From Eledone cirrhosa (lineage: Eukaryota): a stretch of DNA of 64,000 bases. Under the pieces are notes generated by a model. The model did no database searches and had not been told where the DNA came from. It worked only from the letters and a program-made list of their open reading frames with translations. The translations under genes and the position numbers were made by a program. The DNA lies in NCBI GenBank assembly GCA_964016885.1, contig OZ024749.1, positions 18,352,001 to 18,416,000 of the forward strand. The letters are read 5' to 3'. The first letter of the stretch is position 1. Every line of letters begins with the position of its first letter. Below are positions 46,340 to 64,000 of this stretch, piece by piece.

Positions 46340-46384
46340 AATATATATATATAAATATATATATATAAATATATATATATAAAT

Positions 46385-49356
<2,972 letters not shown>

Positions 49357-49380
49357 TATATATATATATATTTATATATT

Positions 49381-49410
<30 letters not shown>

Positions 49411-49411
<1 letters not shown>

Positions 49412-49846
49412 GCAAAAGTTCAATTAAAATTGTTGGGATACAACAAGCAAATATTATTATAACTGATATAAAGCACTCGACAAATATTTGGAGTAGATAT
49501 ACAGTATTAATAAATGGAAACTATATTTATAAAACCATATTTATTTCATTATATATATTTCAAGGATACCAAGTTAAATCATGGTATGCCTTCATCAGAC
49601 AAAATACAATATATAACAGTTTTACAAATAGACAATTGACATACCCTTTCAAAAAGGGTGACCGTTGTTTTTGGAGGCCATCCGGATAGTGGTTTGTTTA
49701 CTTTAGTAAGTCATAGTGTTAAGAGTAAGTAAAAAGATGGAGAGAGAGAAACGTGGAGAAAAGAAAGTGAAAGATAGATAAAGAAAAAGAAGAAAGCAAA
49801 AAGAAAAGAGAACAGAGGAAAAATAACGGGGAGATATCAAAACATC
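49411..49846 (-). mobile_element. Solo pLTR of a family A relative, HHR at ~49540-49612
   Basis: Minus strand reads CUGAUGA-AGG-C-AUACCA..UGGUAU-C-CUU-GAAA-UAUAUA. It is a diverged inverse of 49000-49232. Confidence 0.75.
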
Positions 49847-49871
49847 AGATGTATGTGTACCTGTATGTATA

Positions 49872-49955
<84 letters not shown>

Positions 49956-50068
49956 TGCTACTGTACGTCTGTATACAAATATGTATGTACGTATACATAC
50001 ATACTTACATTTAAGTAAGTGCCATACTAAGAGTGAGAAATGAAATTTCGTTTTCATTTTTTTCAACT

Positions 50069-51197
<1,129 letters not shown>

Positions 51198-51200
<3 letters not shown>

Positions 51201-54200
51201 TAACAAACCACTTTCCACTGATTGACCTCGATGTCACGTGATTGATTCTTTTTGAATGTGCCACCGACGCAGAGGCAGTGATTTTCTCAATGGCTAGGAA
51301 TTCAGTCCACGCTTTGCTATTTTCTATCCACTGAATTATTTTTGTATAAGTTTCCAGAGTCCTCGCATTGCCTGGATACTTAGCTGAGAATAGTCTTCCC
51401 TGAAGACGAAATGATTCTCAATATTTTCTTCGGAAAGTATATTTATTCCATTTCAGAAACTAATTAGATGGGAGTGAAATTTTAGTAAGTAAGTTAATTT
51501 TATAATTTTCTTATTTTACGTCTCTCATATTATTGTTCTACAACCCCATGCATTGAACCACAAAGTTACTAAGACAAAACCTATATATTTGCTAGCATTG
51601 ATATTCATCTGTATGTATATATATGTTACTAGATATTAATTCTTTATAATTATCTCCAAATTATTTGTATAGCAATATTGGCCAAGACTGCTGCTATGGT
51701 GGCAGGCAGGCCGCTGTCTTATTAACAAACCACTTTCCACTGATTGACCTCGATTGTCATGTGATTGATTCTTTATGAATTTGCCACCGACGCAGAGGCA
51801 GTGATTTTCTCAATGGCTAGGAATTCAGTCCACACTTTGCTATTTTCCATACACTGAATTATTTTTGTATAAGTTTTCAGAGTCCTCGCTTTGCCTGGAT
51901 AATTAGCTGAGAATAGTCTTCCCTGACATCGAAAAGATTCTCTATATTTTCTTCGGAAAATATATTTATTCCATTAAAGAAACTAATTAGTTGGGAGTGA
52001 AATTTTAGTAAGTAAGTTAATTTTATAATTTTCTTATTTTACGTCTCTCATATTATTGTTCTGCAGCCCCATGCATTGAACCACAAAGTTACTAAGACAA
52101 AACCTATATATTTGCTGGCATTGATATGCATCTGTATGTATATATATGTTACTAGATATTAATTCTTTATAATTATCTCCAAATTATTTGTCGAGCAATA
52201 TTGGCCAAGACTGCCGCTATGGTGGCAGGCCGCTGTCTTATTAACAAACCACTTTCCACTGATTGACCTTGATGTCACGTGATTGATTCTTTTTGCATTT
52301 GCCACCGACGCGGAGGCAGTGATTTTCTCAATGGCTAGGAATTCAGTCCACACTTTGCTATTCTCTATCCACTGAATTATTTTTGTATAAGTTTCCAGAG
52401 TCCTCGCTTTGCCTGGATACTTAGCTGAGAATAGTCTTCCCTGAAGACGAAATGATTCTCAATATTTTCTTCGGAAAGCATATTTATTCCATTTCAGAAA
52501 CTAATTAGTTGGGAGTGAAATTTTAGTAAGTAAGTTAATTTTATAATTTTCTTATTTTACGTCTCTCATTTTATTGTTCTACAACCCCATGCATTGAACC
52601 ACAAAGTTACTAAGACAAAACCTATATATTTGCTAGCATTGCTATGCATCTGTATGTATATATATGTTACTAGATATTAAATCTTTATAATTATCTCCAA
52701 ATTATTTCTCTAACATTATTGGCCAAGACTGCTGCTATGGTGGCAGGCAGGCCGCTGTCTTATTAACAAACCACTTTCCACTGATTGACCTCGATGTCAC
52801 GTGATTGATTCTTTGTGAATGTGCCACCGACGCAGAGGCAGTGATTTTCTCAATGGCTAGGAGTTCAGTCCTCGCTTTGCTATTTTCTATCCACTGAATT
52901 ATTTTTGTATAAGTTTTCAGAGTCCTCGCTTTGCCTGGATACTTAGCTGAGAATAGTCTTCCCTGACGACGAAATGATTCTCAATATTTTCTTCGGAAAG
53001 TATATTTATTCCATTTCAGAAACTAAATAGTTGGGAGTGAAATTTTAGTAAGTAAGTTAATTTTATAATTTTCTTATTTTACGTCTCTCATATTATTGTT
53101 TTGCAACCCCATGCATTGAACCACAAAGTTACTAAGACAAAACCTATATATTTGCTAGCATTGCTATGCATCTGTATGTATATATATGTTACTAGATATT
53201 AAATCTTTATAATTATCTCCAAATTATTTCTCTAACATTATTGGCCAAGACTGCTGCTATGGTGGCAGGCAGGCCGCTGTCTTATTAACAAACCACTTTC
53301 CACTGATTGACCTCGATGTCACGTGATTGATTCTTTTTGTATTTGCCACCGACGCGGAGGCAGTGATTTTCTCAATGGCTAGAAATTCAATCCACGCTTT
53401 GCTATTTTCTATCCACTGAATTATTTTTGTATAAGTTTCCAGAGTTCTCACTTTGCCTGGATACTTAGCTGAGAATAGTCTTCCCTGACGACGAAATGAT
53501 TCTCAATATTTTCTTCGGAAAGTATATTTATTCCATTTCAGAAACTAATTAGTTGGGAGTGAAATATTAGTAAGTAAGTTAATTTTATATTTTTCTTATT
53601 TTACGTCTCTCATATTATTGTTCTGCAACCCCATGCATTGAACCACAAAGTTACTAAGACAAAACCTATATATTTGCTAGCATTGATATGCATCAGTATG
53701 TATATATATGTTACTAGATATTAATTCTTTATAATTATCTCCAAATTATTTGTCGAGCAATATTGGCCAAGATTGCTGCTATGGTGGCAGGCAGGCCGCT
53801 GTCTTATTAACAAACCACTTTCCACTGATTGACCTTGATGTCACGTGATTGATTCTTCTTGTATTTGCCACCGACGTGGAGGCAATGATTTTCTCAATGG
53901 CTAGGAATTCAGTCCACACTTTGCTATTTTCTATCCACTGAATTATTTTTATATAAGTTTCCAGAGTCCTCGCTTTGCCTGGATACTTAGCCGAGAATAG
54001 TCTTCCCCGAAGACGAAATGATTCTCTATATTTTCTTCGGAAAGTATATTTATTCCATTTCAGAATCTAATTAGTTGGGAGTGAAATTTTAGTAAGTAAG
54101 TTAATTTTATAATTTTCTTATTTTACGTCTCTCATATTATTGTTCTGCAACCCCATTCATTGAACCACAAAGTTACTAAGACAAAACCTATATATTTGCT

Positions 54201-57200
54201 ACCATTGATATGTATCTGTATGTATATATATGTTACTAGATATTAATTCTTTATAATTATCTCCAAATTATTTGTATAGCAATATTGGCCAAGACTGCTG
54301 CTATGGTGGCAGGCAGGCCGCTGTCTTATTAACAAACCACTTTCCACTGATTGATCTCGATGTCATGTGATTGATCCTTTTTGTATTTGCCACCGACGCG
54401 GAGGCAGTGATTTTCTCAATGGCTAGGAATTCAGTCCACACTTTGCTATTCTCTATCCACTGAATTATTTTTGTATAAGTTTCCAGAGTCCTCGCTTTGC
54501 CTGGATACTTAGCTGAGAATATTCTTCCCTGAAGACGAAATGATTCTCAATATTTTCTTCGGAAAGCATATTTATTCCATTTCAGAAACTAATTAGTTGG
54601 GAGTGAAATTTTAGTAAGTAAGTTAATTTTATAATTTTCTTATTTTACGTCTCTCATTTTATTGTTCTACAACCCCATGCATTGAACCACAAAGTTACTA
54701 AGACAAAACCTATATATTTGCTAGCATTGATATGCATCTGTATGTATATATATGTTACTAGATATTAAATCTTTATAATTATCTCCAAATTATTTCTCTA
54801 ACATTATTGGCCAAGACTGCTGCTATGGTGGCAGGCAGGCCGCTGTCTTATTAACAAACCACTTTCCACTGATTGACCTCGATGTCACGTGATGGATTCT
54901 TTGTGAATGTGCCATCGACGCAGAGGAAGTGATTTTCTCAATGGCTAGGAGTTCAGTCCACGCTTTGCTATTTTCTATCCACTGAATTATTTTTGTATAA
55001 GTTTTCAGAGTCTTCGCTTTGCCTGGATACTTAGCTGAGAATAGTCCTCCCTGACGACGAAATGATTCTCAATATTTTCTTCGGAAAGTATATTTATTCC
55101 ATTTCAGAAACTAAATAGTTGGGAGTGAAATTTTAGTAAGTAAGTTAATTTTATAATTTTCTTATTTTACGTCTCTCATATTATTGTTCTGCAACCCCGT
55201 GCATTGAACCACAAAGTTACTAACACAAAACCTATATATTTGCTAGCATTGATATGCATCTGTATGTATATATATGTTACTAGATATTAATTCTTTATAA
55301 TTATCTCCAAATTATTTGTCGAGCAATATTGGCCAAGACTGCTGCTATGGTGGCAGGCAGGCCGCTGTCTTATTAACAAACCACTTTCCACTGATTGACC
55401 TTGATGTCACGTGATTGATTCTTCTTGTATTTGGCACCGACGTGGAGGCAATGATTTTCCCAATGGCTAGGAATTCAGTCCACACTTTGCTATTTTCTAT
55501 CCACTGAATTATTTTTATATAAGTTTCCAGAGTCCTCGCTTTGCCTGGATACTTAGCTGAGAATAGTCTTCCCCGAAGACGAAATGATTCTCTATATTTT
55601 CTTCGGAAAGTATATTTATTCCATTTCAGAAACTAATTAGTTGGGAGTGAAATTTTAGTAAGTAAGCTAATTTTATAATTTTCTTATTTTACGTCTCTCA
55701 TTTTATTGTTCTGCAACCCCATGCATTGAACCACAAAGTTACTAAGACAAAACCTATATATTTGCTACCATTGATATGCATCTGTATGTATATATATGTT
55801 ACTAGATATTAATTCTTTATAATTATCTCCAAATTATTTGTCGAGCAATATTGGCCAAGACTGCTGCTATGGTGGCAGGCAGGCCGCTGTCTTATTAACA
55901 AACCACTTTCCACTGATTGACCTTGATGTCACGTGATTGATTCTTTTTGTATTTGCCACCGACGCGGAGGCAGTGATTTTCTCAATGGCTAGGAATTCAG
56001 TCCACACTTTGCTATTTTCTATCTACTGAATTATTTTTGTATAAGTTTCCAGAGTCCTCGCTTTGCCTGGATACTTAGCTGAGAATAGTCTTCCCTGAAG
56101 ACGAAATGATTCTCAATATTTTCTTCGGAAAGTATATTTATTCCATTTCAGAAACTAATTAGTTGGGAGTGAAATTTTAGTAAGTAAGCTAATTTTATAA
56201 TTTTCTTATTTTACGTCTCTCATTTTATTGTTTTACAACCCCATGCATTGAACCACAAAGTTACTAAGACAAAACCTATATATTTGCTAGCATTGCTATG
56301 CATCTGTATGTATATATATGTTACTAGATATTAAATCTTTATAATTATCTCCAAATTATTTGTCGAGCAATATTGGCCAACACAGCTGCTATGATGGCAG
56401 GCAGGCCGCTGTCTTATTAACAAACCACTTTCCACTGATTGACCTCGATGTCACGTGAGTGATTCTTTTTGAATGTGCCACCGACGCAGAGGCAGTGATT
56501 TTCTCAATGGCTAGGTATTCAGTCCACGCTTTGCTATTTTCTATCCACTGAATTATTTTTGTATAAGTTTTCAGAGTCCTCGCTTTGCCTGGATACTTAG
56601 CTGAGAATAGTCTTCCCTGAAGACGAAATGATTCTCAATATTTTCTTCGGAAAGCATATTTATTCCATTTCAGAAACTAATTAGTTGGGAGTGAAATTTT
56701 AGTAAGTAAGTTAATTTTATAATTTTCTTATTTTACGTCTCTCATTTTATTGTTCTACAACCCCATGCATTGAACCACAAAGTTACTAAGACAAAACCTA
56801 TATATTTGCTAGCATTGCTATGCATCTGTATGTATATATATGTTACTAAATCTTTATAATTATCTCCAAATTATTTCTCTAACATTATTGGCCAAGACTG
56901 CTGCTATGGTGGCAGGCAGGCCGCTGTCTTATTAACAAACCACTTTCCACTGATTGATTCGATGTCACGTGATTGATCCTTTTTGTATTTTCCTCCGACG
57001 CGGAGGCAATGATTTTCTCAATGGCTCGGAATTCAGTCCACGCTTTGCCATTTTCTATCCACTGAATTATATTTGTATAAGTTTCCATAGTTCTCACTTT
57101 GCCTGGATACTTAGCTGAGAATAGTCTTCCCTGACGACGAAATGATTCTCAATATTTTCTTCGGAAAGTATATTTATTCCATTTCAGAAACTAATTAGTT

Positions 57201-60200
57201 GGGAGTGAAATTTTAGTAAGTAAGTTAATTTTATAATTTTCTTATTTTACGTCTCTCATATTATTGTTCTGCAACCCCATGCATTGAACCACAAAGTTAC
57301 TAAGACAAAACCTATATATTTGCTACCATTGATATGTATCTGTATGTATATATATGTTACTAGATATTAATTCTTTATAATTATCTCCAAATTATTTGTG
57401 GAGCAATATTGGCCAAGACTGCCGCTATGGTGGCAGGCCGCTGTCTTATTAACAAACCACTTTCCACTGATTGACCTTGATGTCACGTGATTGATTCTTT
57501 TTGTATTTGCCACCGACGCGGAGGCAGTGATTTTCTCAATGGCTAGGAATTCAGTCCACACTTTCCTATTTTCTATCCACTGAATTATTTTTGTATAAGT
57601 TTCCAGAGTCCTCGCTTTGTCTGGATACTTAGCTGAGAATAGTCTTCCCTGAAGACGAAATGATTCTCAATATTTTCTTCGGAAAGTATATTTATTCCAT
57701 TTCAGAAACTAATTAGTTGGGAGTGAAATATTAGTAAGTAAGTTAATTTTATATTTTTCTTATTTTACGTTTCTCATATTATTGTTCTGCAACCCCATGC
57801 ATTGAACCACAAAGTTACTAAGACAAAACCTATATATTTGCTAGCATTGATATGCATCTGTATGTATGTATATGTTACTAGATATTAATTCTTTATAATT
57901 ATCTCCAAATTATTTGTCGAGCAATATTGGCCAAGACTGCTGCTATGGTGGCAGGCAGGCCGCTGTCTTATTAACAAACCACTCTCCACTGATTGACCTT
58001 GATGTCACGTGATTGATTCTTTTTGTATTTGCCACCGACGCGGAGGTAGTGATTTTCTCAATGGCTAGGAATTCAGTCCACACTTTGCTATTTTCTATCC
58101 ACTGAATTATTTTTGTATAAGTTTCCAGATTCCTCGATTTGCCTGGATACTTAGCTGAGAATAGTCTTCCCTGAAGACGAAATGATTCTCAATATTTTCT
58201 TCGGTAAGTATATTTATTCCATTTCAGAAACTAATTAGTTGGGAGTGAAATTTTAGAAAGTAAGATAACTTTATAATTTTCTTATTTTACGTCTCTCATA
58301 TTATTGTTCTACAACCCCATGCATTGCACCACAAAGTTACTAAGACAAAACCTATATATTTGCTAGCATTGATATGCATCTGTATTTATATATATGTTAC
58401 TAGATATTAATTCTTTATAATTATCTCCAAATTATTTGTCTAGCAATATTGGCCAAGACTGCTGCTATGATGGCAGGCAGGCCGCTGTCTTATTAACAAA
58501 CCACTTTCCACTGATTGACCTCGATGTCACGTGATTGATTCTTTTTGAATGTGCCACCGACGCAGAGGCAGTGATTTTCTCAATGGCTAGGAGTTCAGTC
58601 CACGCTTTGCTATTTTCTATCCACTGAATTATTTTTGTATAAGTTTCCAGAATCCTCGCTTTGCCTGGATACTTAGCTGAGAATAGTCTTCCCTGACGAC
58701 GAAATGATTCTCAATATTTCTTCCGAAAGTATATTTATTCCATTTCAGAAACTAATTAGTTGGGAGTGAAATTTTAGTAAGTAAGTTAATTAAAATATTT
58801 TCTTATTTTACGTCTCTCATATTATTGTTCTGCAACCCCATGCATTGAACCACAAAGTTACTAAGACAAAACCTATATATTTGCTAGCATTGATATGCAT
58901 CTGTATGTATATATATATGTTACTAGATATTAATTCTTTATAATTATCTCCAAATTATTTGTCGAGCAATATTGGCCAAGACTGCTATTATGGTGGCAGG
59001 CAAGCCGCTGTCTTATTAACAAACCACTCTCCAGTGATTGACCTTGATGTCACGTGATTGATTCTTTTTGTATTTGCCACCGACGCGGAGGCAGTGATTT
59101 TCTCAATGGCTAGGAATTCAGTCCACACTTTGCTATTTTCTATCCACTGAATTATTTTTGTATAAGTTTCCAGATTCCTCGATTTGCCTGGATACTTAGC
59201 TGAGAATAGTCTTCCCTGAAGACGAAATGATTCTCAATATTTTCTTCCGAAAGTATATTTATTCCATTTCATATATTAAATAGTTGGGAGTGAAATTTTA
59301 GTAAGTAAGTTAATTTTATAATTTTCTTATTTTACGTCTCTCATATTATTGTTCTACTACCCCATGCATTGAACCACAAAGTTACTAAGACAAAACCTAT
59401 ATATTTGCTAGCATTGATATGCATCTGTATGTATATATATGTTACTAGATATTAATTCTTTATAATTATCTCCAAATTATTTGTCTAGCAATATTGGCCA
59501 AAACTGCTGCTATGATGGCAGGCTAGCCGCTGTCTTATTAACAAACCACTTTCCACTGATTGACCTTGATGTCACGTGATTGATTCTTTTTGAATTTGCC
59601 ACCGACGCAGAGGCAGTGATTTTCTCAATGGCTAGGAATTCAGTCCAGGCTTTGCTATTTTCTATCCACTGAATTATTTTTGTATAAGTTTCCAGAGTCC
59701 TCGCTTTGCCTGGATACTTAGCTGGGAAAAGTCTTCCCTGACGACGAAATGATTCTCAATATTTTCTTCGTAAAGTATATTTATTCCATTTCAGAAACTA
59801 ATTAGCTGGGAGTGAAATTTTAGTAAGTAAGTTAATTTTATAATTTTCTTATTTTACGTTTCTCATATTATTGTTCTATAACCCCATGCATTGAACCGCA
59901 CAGTTACTAAGACAAAACCTATATATTTGCTAGCATTGATATGCATCTGTATGTATATATATGTTACTAGATATTAATTCTTTATGATTATCTCCAAACT
60001 ATTTGTCGAGCAATATTGGCCAAGACTGCTGCTATGGTGGCAGGCAGGCCGCTGTCTTATTAACAAACCACTTTCCACTGATTGACCTCGATTGTCACGT
60101 GATTGATTCTTTTTGTATTTCTCACCGACGCGGAGGCAGTGATTTTCTCAATGGCTAGGAATTCAGTCCACACTTTGCTATTTTCTATACACTGAATTAT

Positions 60201-63200
60201 TTTTGTATAAGTTTCCAGAGTCCTCGCTTTGCCTGGATACTTAGCTGAGAATAGTCGTCCCTGACGACGACATGATTCTCAATATTTTCTTCGGAAAGTA
60301 TATTTATTCCATTACAGAAACTAATTAGTTGGGAGTGAAATTTTAGCAAGTAAGTTTATTTTATAATTTTCTTATTTTACGTCTCTCATATTATTGTTCT
60401 ACAACCCCGTGCATTGTACCACAAAGTTACTAAGACAAAACCTATATATTTGCTAGCATTGATATGCATCTGTATGTATATATATGTTACTAGATATTAA
60501 TTCTTTATAATTATCTCCAAATTATTTGTCTGGCAATATTGGCCAAGACTGCTGCTATGATGGCAGGCAGGCCGCTGTCTTATTAACAAACCACCTTCCA
60601 CTGATTGACCTCGATGTCACGTGATTGATTCTTTTTGAATGTGCCACCGACGCAGAGGCACTGATTTTCTCAATGGCTAGGAGTTCAGTCCACGCTTTGC
60701 TATTTTCTATCCACTGAATTATTTTTGTATAAGTTTCCAGAGTCCTCGCTTTGCCTGGATACTTAGCTGAGAATAGTCTTCCCTGACGACGAAATGATTC
60801 TCAATATTTCTTCCGAAAGTATATTTATTCCATTTCATAAATTAAATAGTTGGGAGTGAAATTTTAGTAAGTAAGTTAATTTTATAATTTTCTTATTTTA
60901 CGTCTCTCATATTATTGTTCTACTACCCCATGCATTGAACCACAAAGTTACTAAGACAAAACCTATATATTTGCTAGCATTGATATGCATCTGTATGTAT
61001 ATATATGTTACTAGATATTAATTCTTTATAATTATCTCCAAATTATTTGTCTAGCAATATTGGCCAAAACTGCTGCTATGATGGCAGGCAGGCCGCTGTC
61101 TTATTAACAAACCACTTTCCACTGATTGACCTCGATGTCACGTGATTGATTCTTTTTGAATGTGCCACCGACGCAGAGGCAGTGATTTTCTCAATGGCTA
61201 GGAGTTCAGTCCACGCTTTGCTATTTTCTATCCACTGAATTATTTTTGTATAAGTTTCCAGAGTCCTCGCTTTGCCTGGATACTTAGCTGAGAATAGTCT
61301 TCCCTGACGACGAAATGATTCTCAATATTTCTTCCGAAAGTATATTTATTCCATTTCAGAAACTAATTAGTTGGGAGTGAAATTTTAGTAAGTAAGTTAA
61401 TTAAAATATTTTGTTATTTTACGTCTCTCATATTATTGTTCTGCAACCCCATGCATTGAACCACAAAGTTACTAAGACAAAACCTATATATTTGCTAGCA
61501 TTGATATGCATCTGTATGTATATATATATATGTTACTAGATATTAATTCTTTATAATTATCTCCAAATTATTTGTCGAGCAATATTGGCCAAGACTGCTG
61601 CTATGGTGGCAGGCAAGCCGCTGTCTTATTAACAAACCACTCTCCACTGATTGACCTTGATGTCACGTGATTGATTCTTTTTGTATTTACCACCGACGCG
61701 GAGGCAGTGATTTTCTCAATGGCTAGGAATTCAGTCCACACTTTGCTATTTTCTATCCACTGAATTATTTTTGTATAAGTTTCCAGAGTCCTCGCTTTGT
61801 CTGGATACTTAGCTGAGAATAGTCTTCCCTGAAGACGAAATGATTCTCAATATTTTCTTCGGAAAGTATATTTATTCCATTTCAGAAACTAATTAGTTGG
61901 GAGTGAAATATTAGTAAGTAAGTTAATTTTATATTTTTCTTATTTTACGTTTCTCATATTATTGTTCTGCAACCCCATGCATTGAACCACAAAGTTACTA
62001 AGACAAAACCTATATATTTGCTAGCATTGATATGCATCTGTATGTATGTATATGTTACTAGATATTAATTCTTTATAATTATCTCCAAATTATTTGTCGA
62101 GCAATATTGGCCAAGACTGCTGCTATGGTGGCAGGCAGGCCGCTGTCTTATTAACAAACCACTCTCCACTGATTGACCTTGATGTCACGTGATTGATTCT
62201 TTTTGTATTTGCCAACGACGCGGAGGCAGTGATTTTCTCAATGGCTAGGAATTCAGTCCACACTTTGCTATTTTCTATCCACTGAATTATTTTTGTATAA
62301 GTTTCCAGATTCCTCGATTTGCCTGGATACTTAGCTGAGAATAGTCTTCCCTGAAGACGAAATGATTTTCAATATTTTCTTCGGTAAGTATATTTATTCC
62401 ATTTCAGAAACTAATTAGTTGGGAGTGAAATTTTAGTAAGTAAGTTAATTTTATAATTTTCTTATTTTACGTCTCTCATATTATTGTTCTACAACCCCAT
62501 GCATTGAACCACAAAGTTACTAAGACAAAACCTATATATTTGCTAGCATTGATATGCATCTGTATGTATATATATGTTACTAGATATTAATTCTTTATAA
62601 TTAGCTCCAAATTATTTGTGGAGCAATATTGGCCAAGACTGCCGCTATGGTGGCAGGCCGCTGTCTTATTAACAAACCACTTTCCACTGATTGACCTTGA
62701 TGTCACGTGATTGATTCTTTTTGTATTTGCCACCGACGCGGAGGCAGTGATTTTCTCAATGGCTAGGAATTCAGTCCACACTTTGCTATTTTCTATCCAC
62801 TGAATTATTTTTGTATAAGTTTCCAGAGTCCTCGCTTTGTCTGGATACTTAGCTGAGAATAGTCTTCCCTGAAGACGAAATGATTCTCAATATTTTCTTC
62901 GGAAAGTATATTTATTCCATTTCAGAAACTAATTAGTTGGGAGTGAAATATTAGTAAGTAAGTTAATTTTATATTTTTCTTATTTTACGTTTCTCATATT
63001 ATTGTTCTGCAACCCCATGCATTGAACCACAAAGTTACTAAGACAAAACCTATATATTTGCTAGCATTGATATGCATCCGTATGTATGTATATGTTACTA
63101 GATATTAATTCTTTATAATTATCTCCAAATTATTTGTCGAGCAATATTGGCCAAGACTGCTGCTATGGTGGCAGGCAGGCCGCTGTCTTATTAACAAACC

Positions 63201-64000
63201 ACTCTCCACTGATTGACCTTGATGTCACGTGATTGATTCTTTTTGTATTTGCCACCGACGCGGAGGCAGTGATTTTCTCAATGGCTAGGAATTCAGTCCA
63301 CACTTTGCTATTTTCTATCCACTGAATTATTTTTATATAAGTTTCCAGATTCCTCGATTTGCCTGGATACTTAGCTGAGAATAGTCTTCCCTGAAGACGA
63401 AATGATTCTCAATATTTTCTTCGGTAAGTATATTTATTCCATTTCAGAAACTAATTAGTTGGGAGTGAAATTTTAGAAAGTAAGATAATTTTATAATTTT
63501 CTTATTTTACGTCTCTCATATTATTGTTCTACAACCCCATGCATTGCACCACAAAGTTACTAAGACAAAACCTATATATCTGCTAGCATTGATATGCATC
63601 TGTATGTATATATATGTTACTAGATATTAATTATTTATAATTATCTCCAAATTATTCGTCTAGCAATATTGGCCAACACTGCTGCTATGATGGCAGGGTG
63701 GCCGCTGTCTTATTAACAAACCACTTTCCACTGATTGACCTCGATGTCACGTGATTGATTCTTTTTGAATGTGCCACCGACGCAGAGGCAGTGATTTTCT
63801 CAATGGGTAGGTATTCAGTCCACGCTTTGCTATTTTCTATCCACAGAATTATTTTTATGTAACTTTCCAGAGTCCTCGCTTTGCCTGGATACTTAGCTGA
63901 GAATAGTCTTCTCTGACGACGAAATGATTCTCAATATTTTCTTCGGAAAGTATATTTATTCCATTTCAGAAACTAATTAGTTGGGAGTGAAATTTTAGTA
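51198..64000. repeat. Tandem satellite, ~522-bp monomer, ~24.5 copies, continues past the window end
   Basis: CCCTGA(A/C)GACGAAATG recurs at 51400, 51923, 52441, 52963, 53485 ... 63913. Units differ by a few percent. Confidence 0.95.

Noticed and set aside
52159-62781. Repeated 64-70 aa ORFs in the satellite as a tandem gene family
   Set aside because: Frames are broken by indels and stops in most monomers and there is no recognisable domain.

Overview
Eukaryotic, very AT-rich, gene-free repeat region. It is probably from an octopus/cephalopod, judged from SINE motifs I recall and not from a search. The window is a mosaic of (TA)n microsatellite tracts into which many Penelope-like retroelements (PLEs; RT plus GIY-YIG endonuclease) have inserted. 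Several Naiad-type families and two Neptune-type families are present, mostly with inverted 5' pseudo-LTR copies and a hammerhead ribozyme (HHR) near each 3' end. The window also contains two LINE fragments, two SINE insertions with target-site duplications, a near-perfect 12 x 311-bp HHR tandem array (non-LTR retrozyme-like), and a >12.8-kb array of a ~522-bp satellite carrying an HHR-like core. The most striking signal is a triple-arm inverted repeat (44106-46250) in which two arms carry ~65 almost exclusively T>C changes (A>G on the minus strand). This is the expected footprint of an ADAR-hyperedited dsRNA hairpin that was reverse transcribed into the genome, although a long-read artefact must be excluded. 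Most ORFs in the track ([12 protein letters not shown]) are translated microsatellites. Counts and boundaries are manual and approximate.
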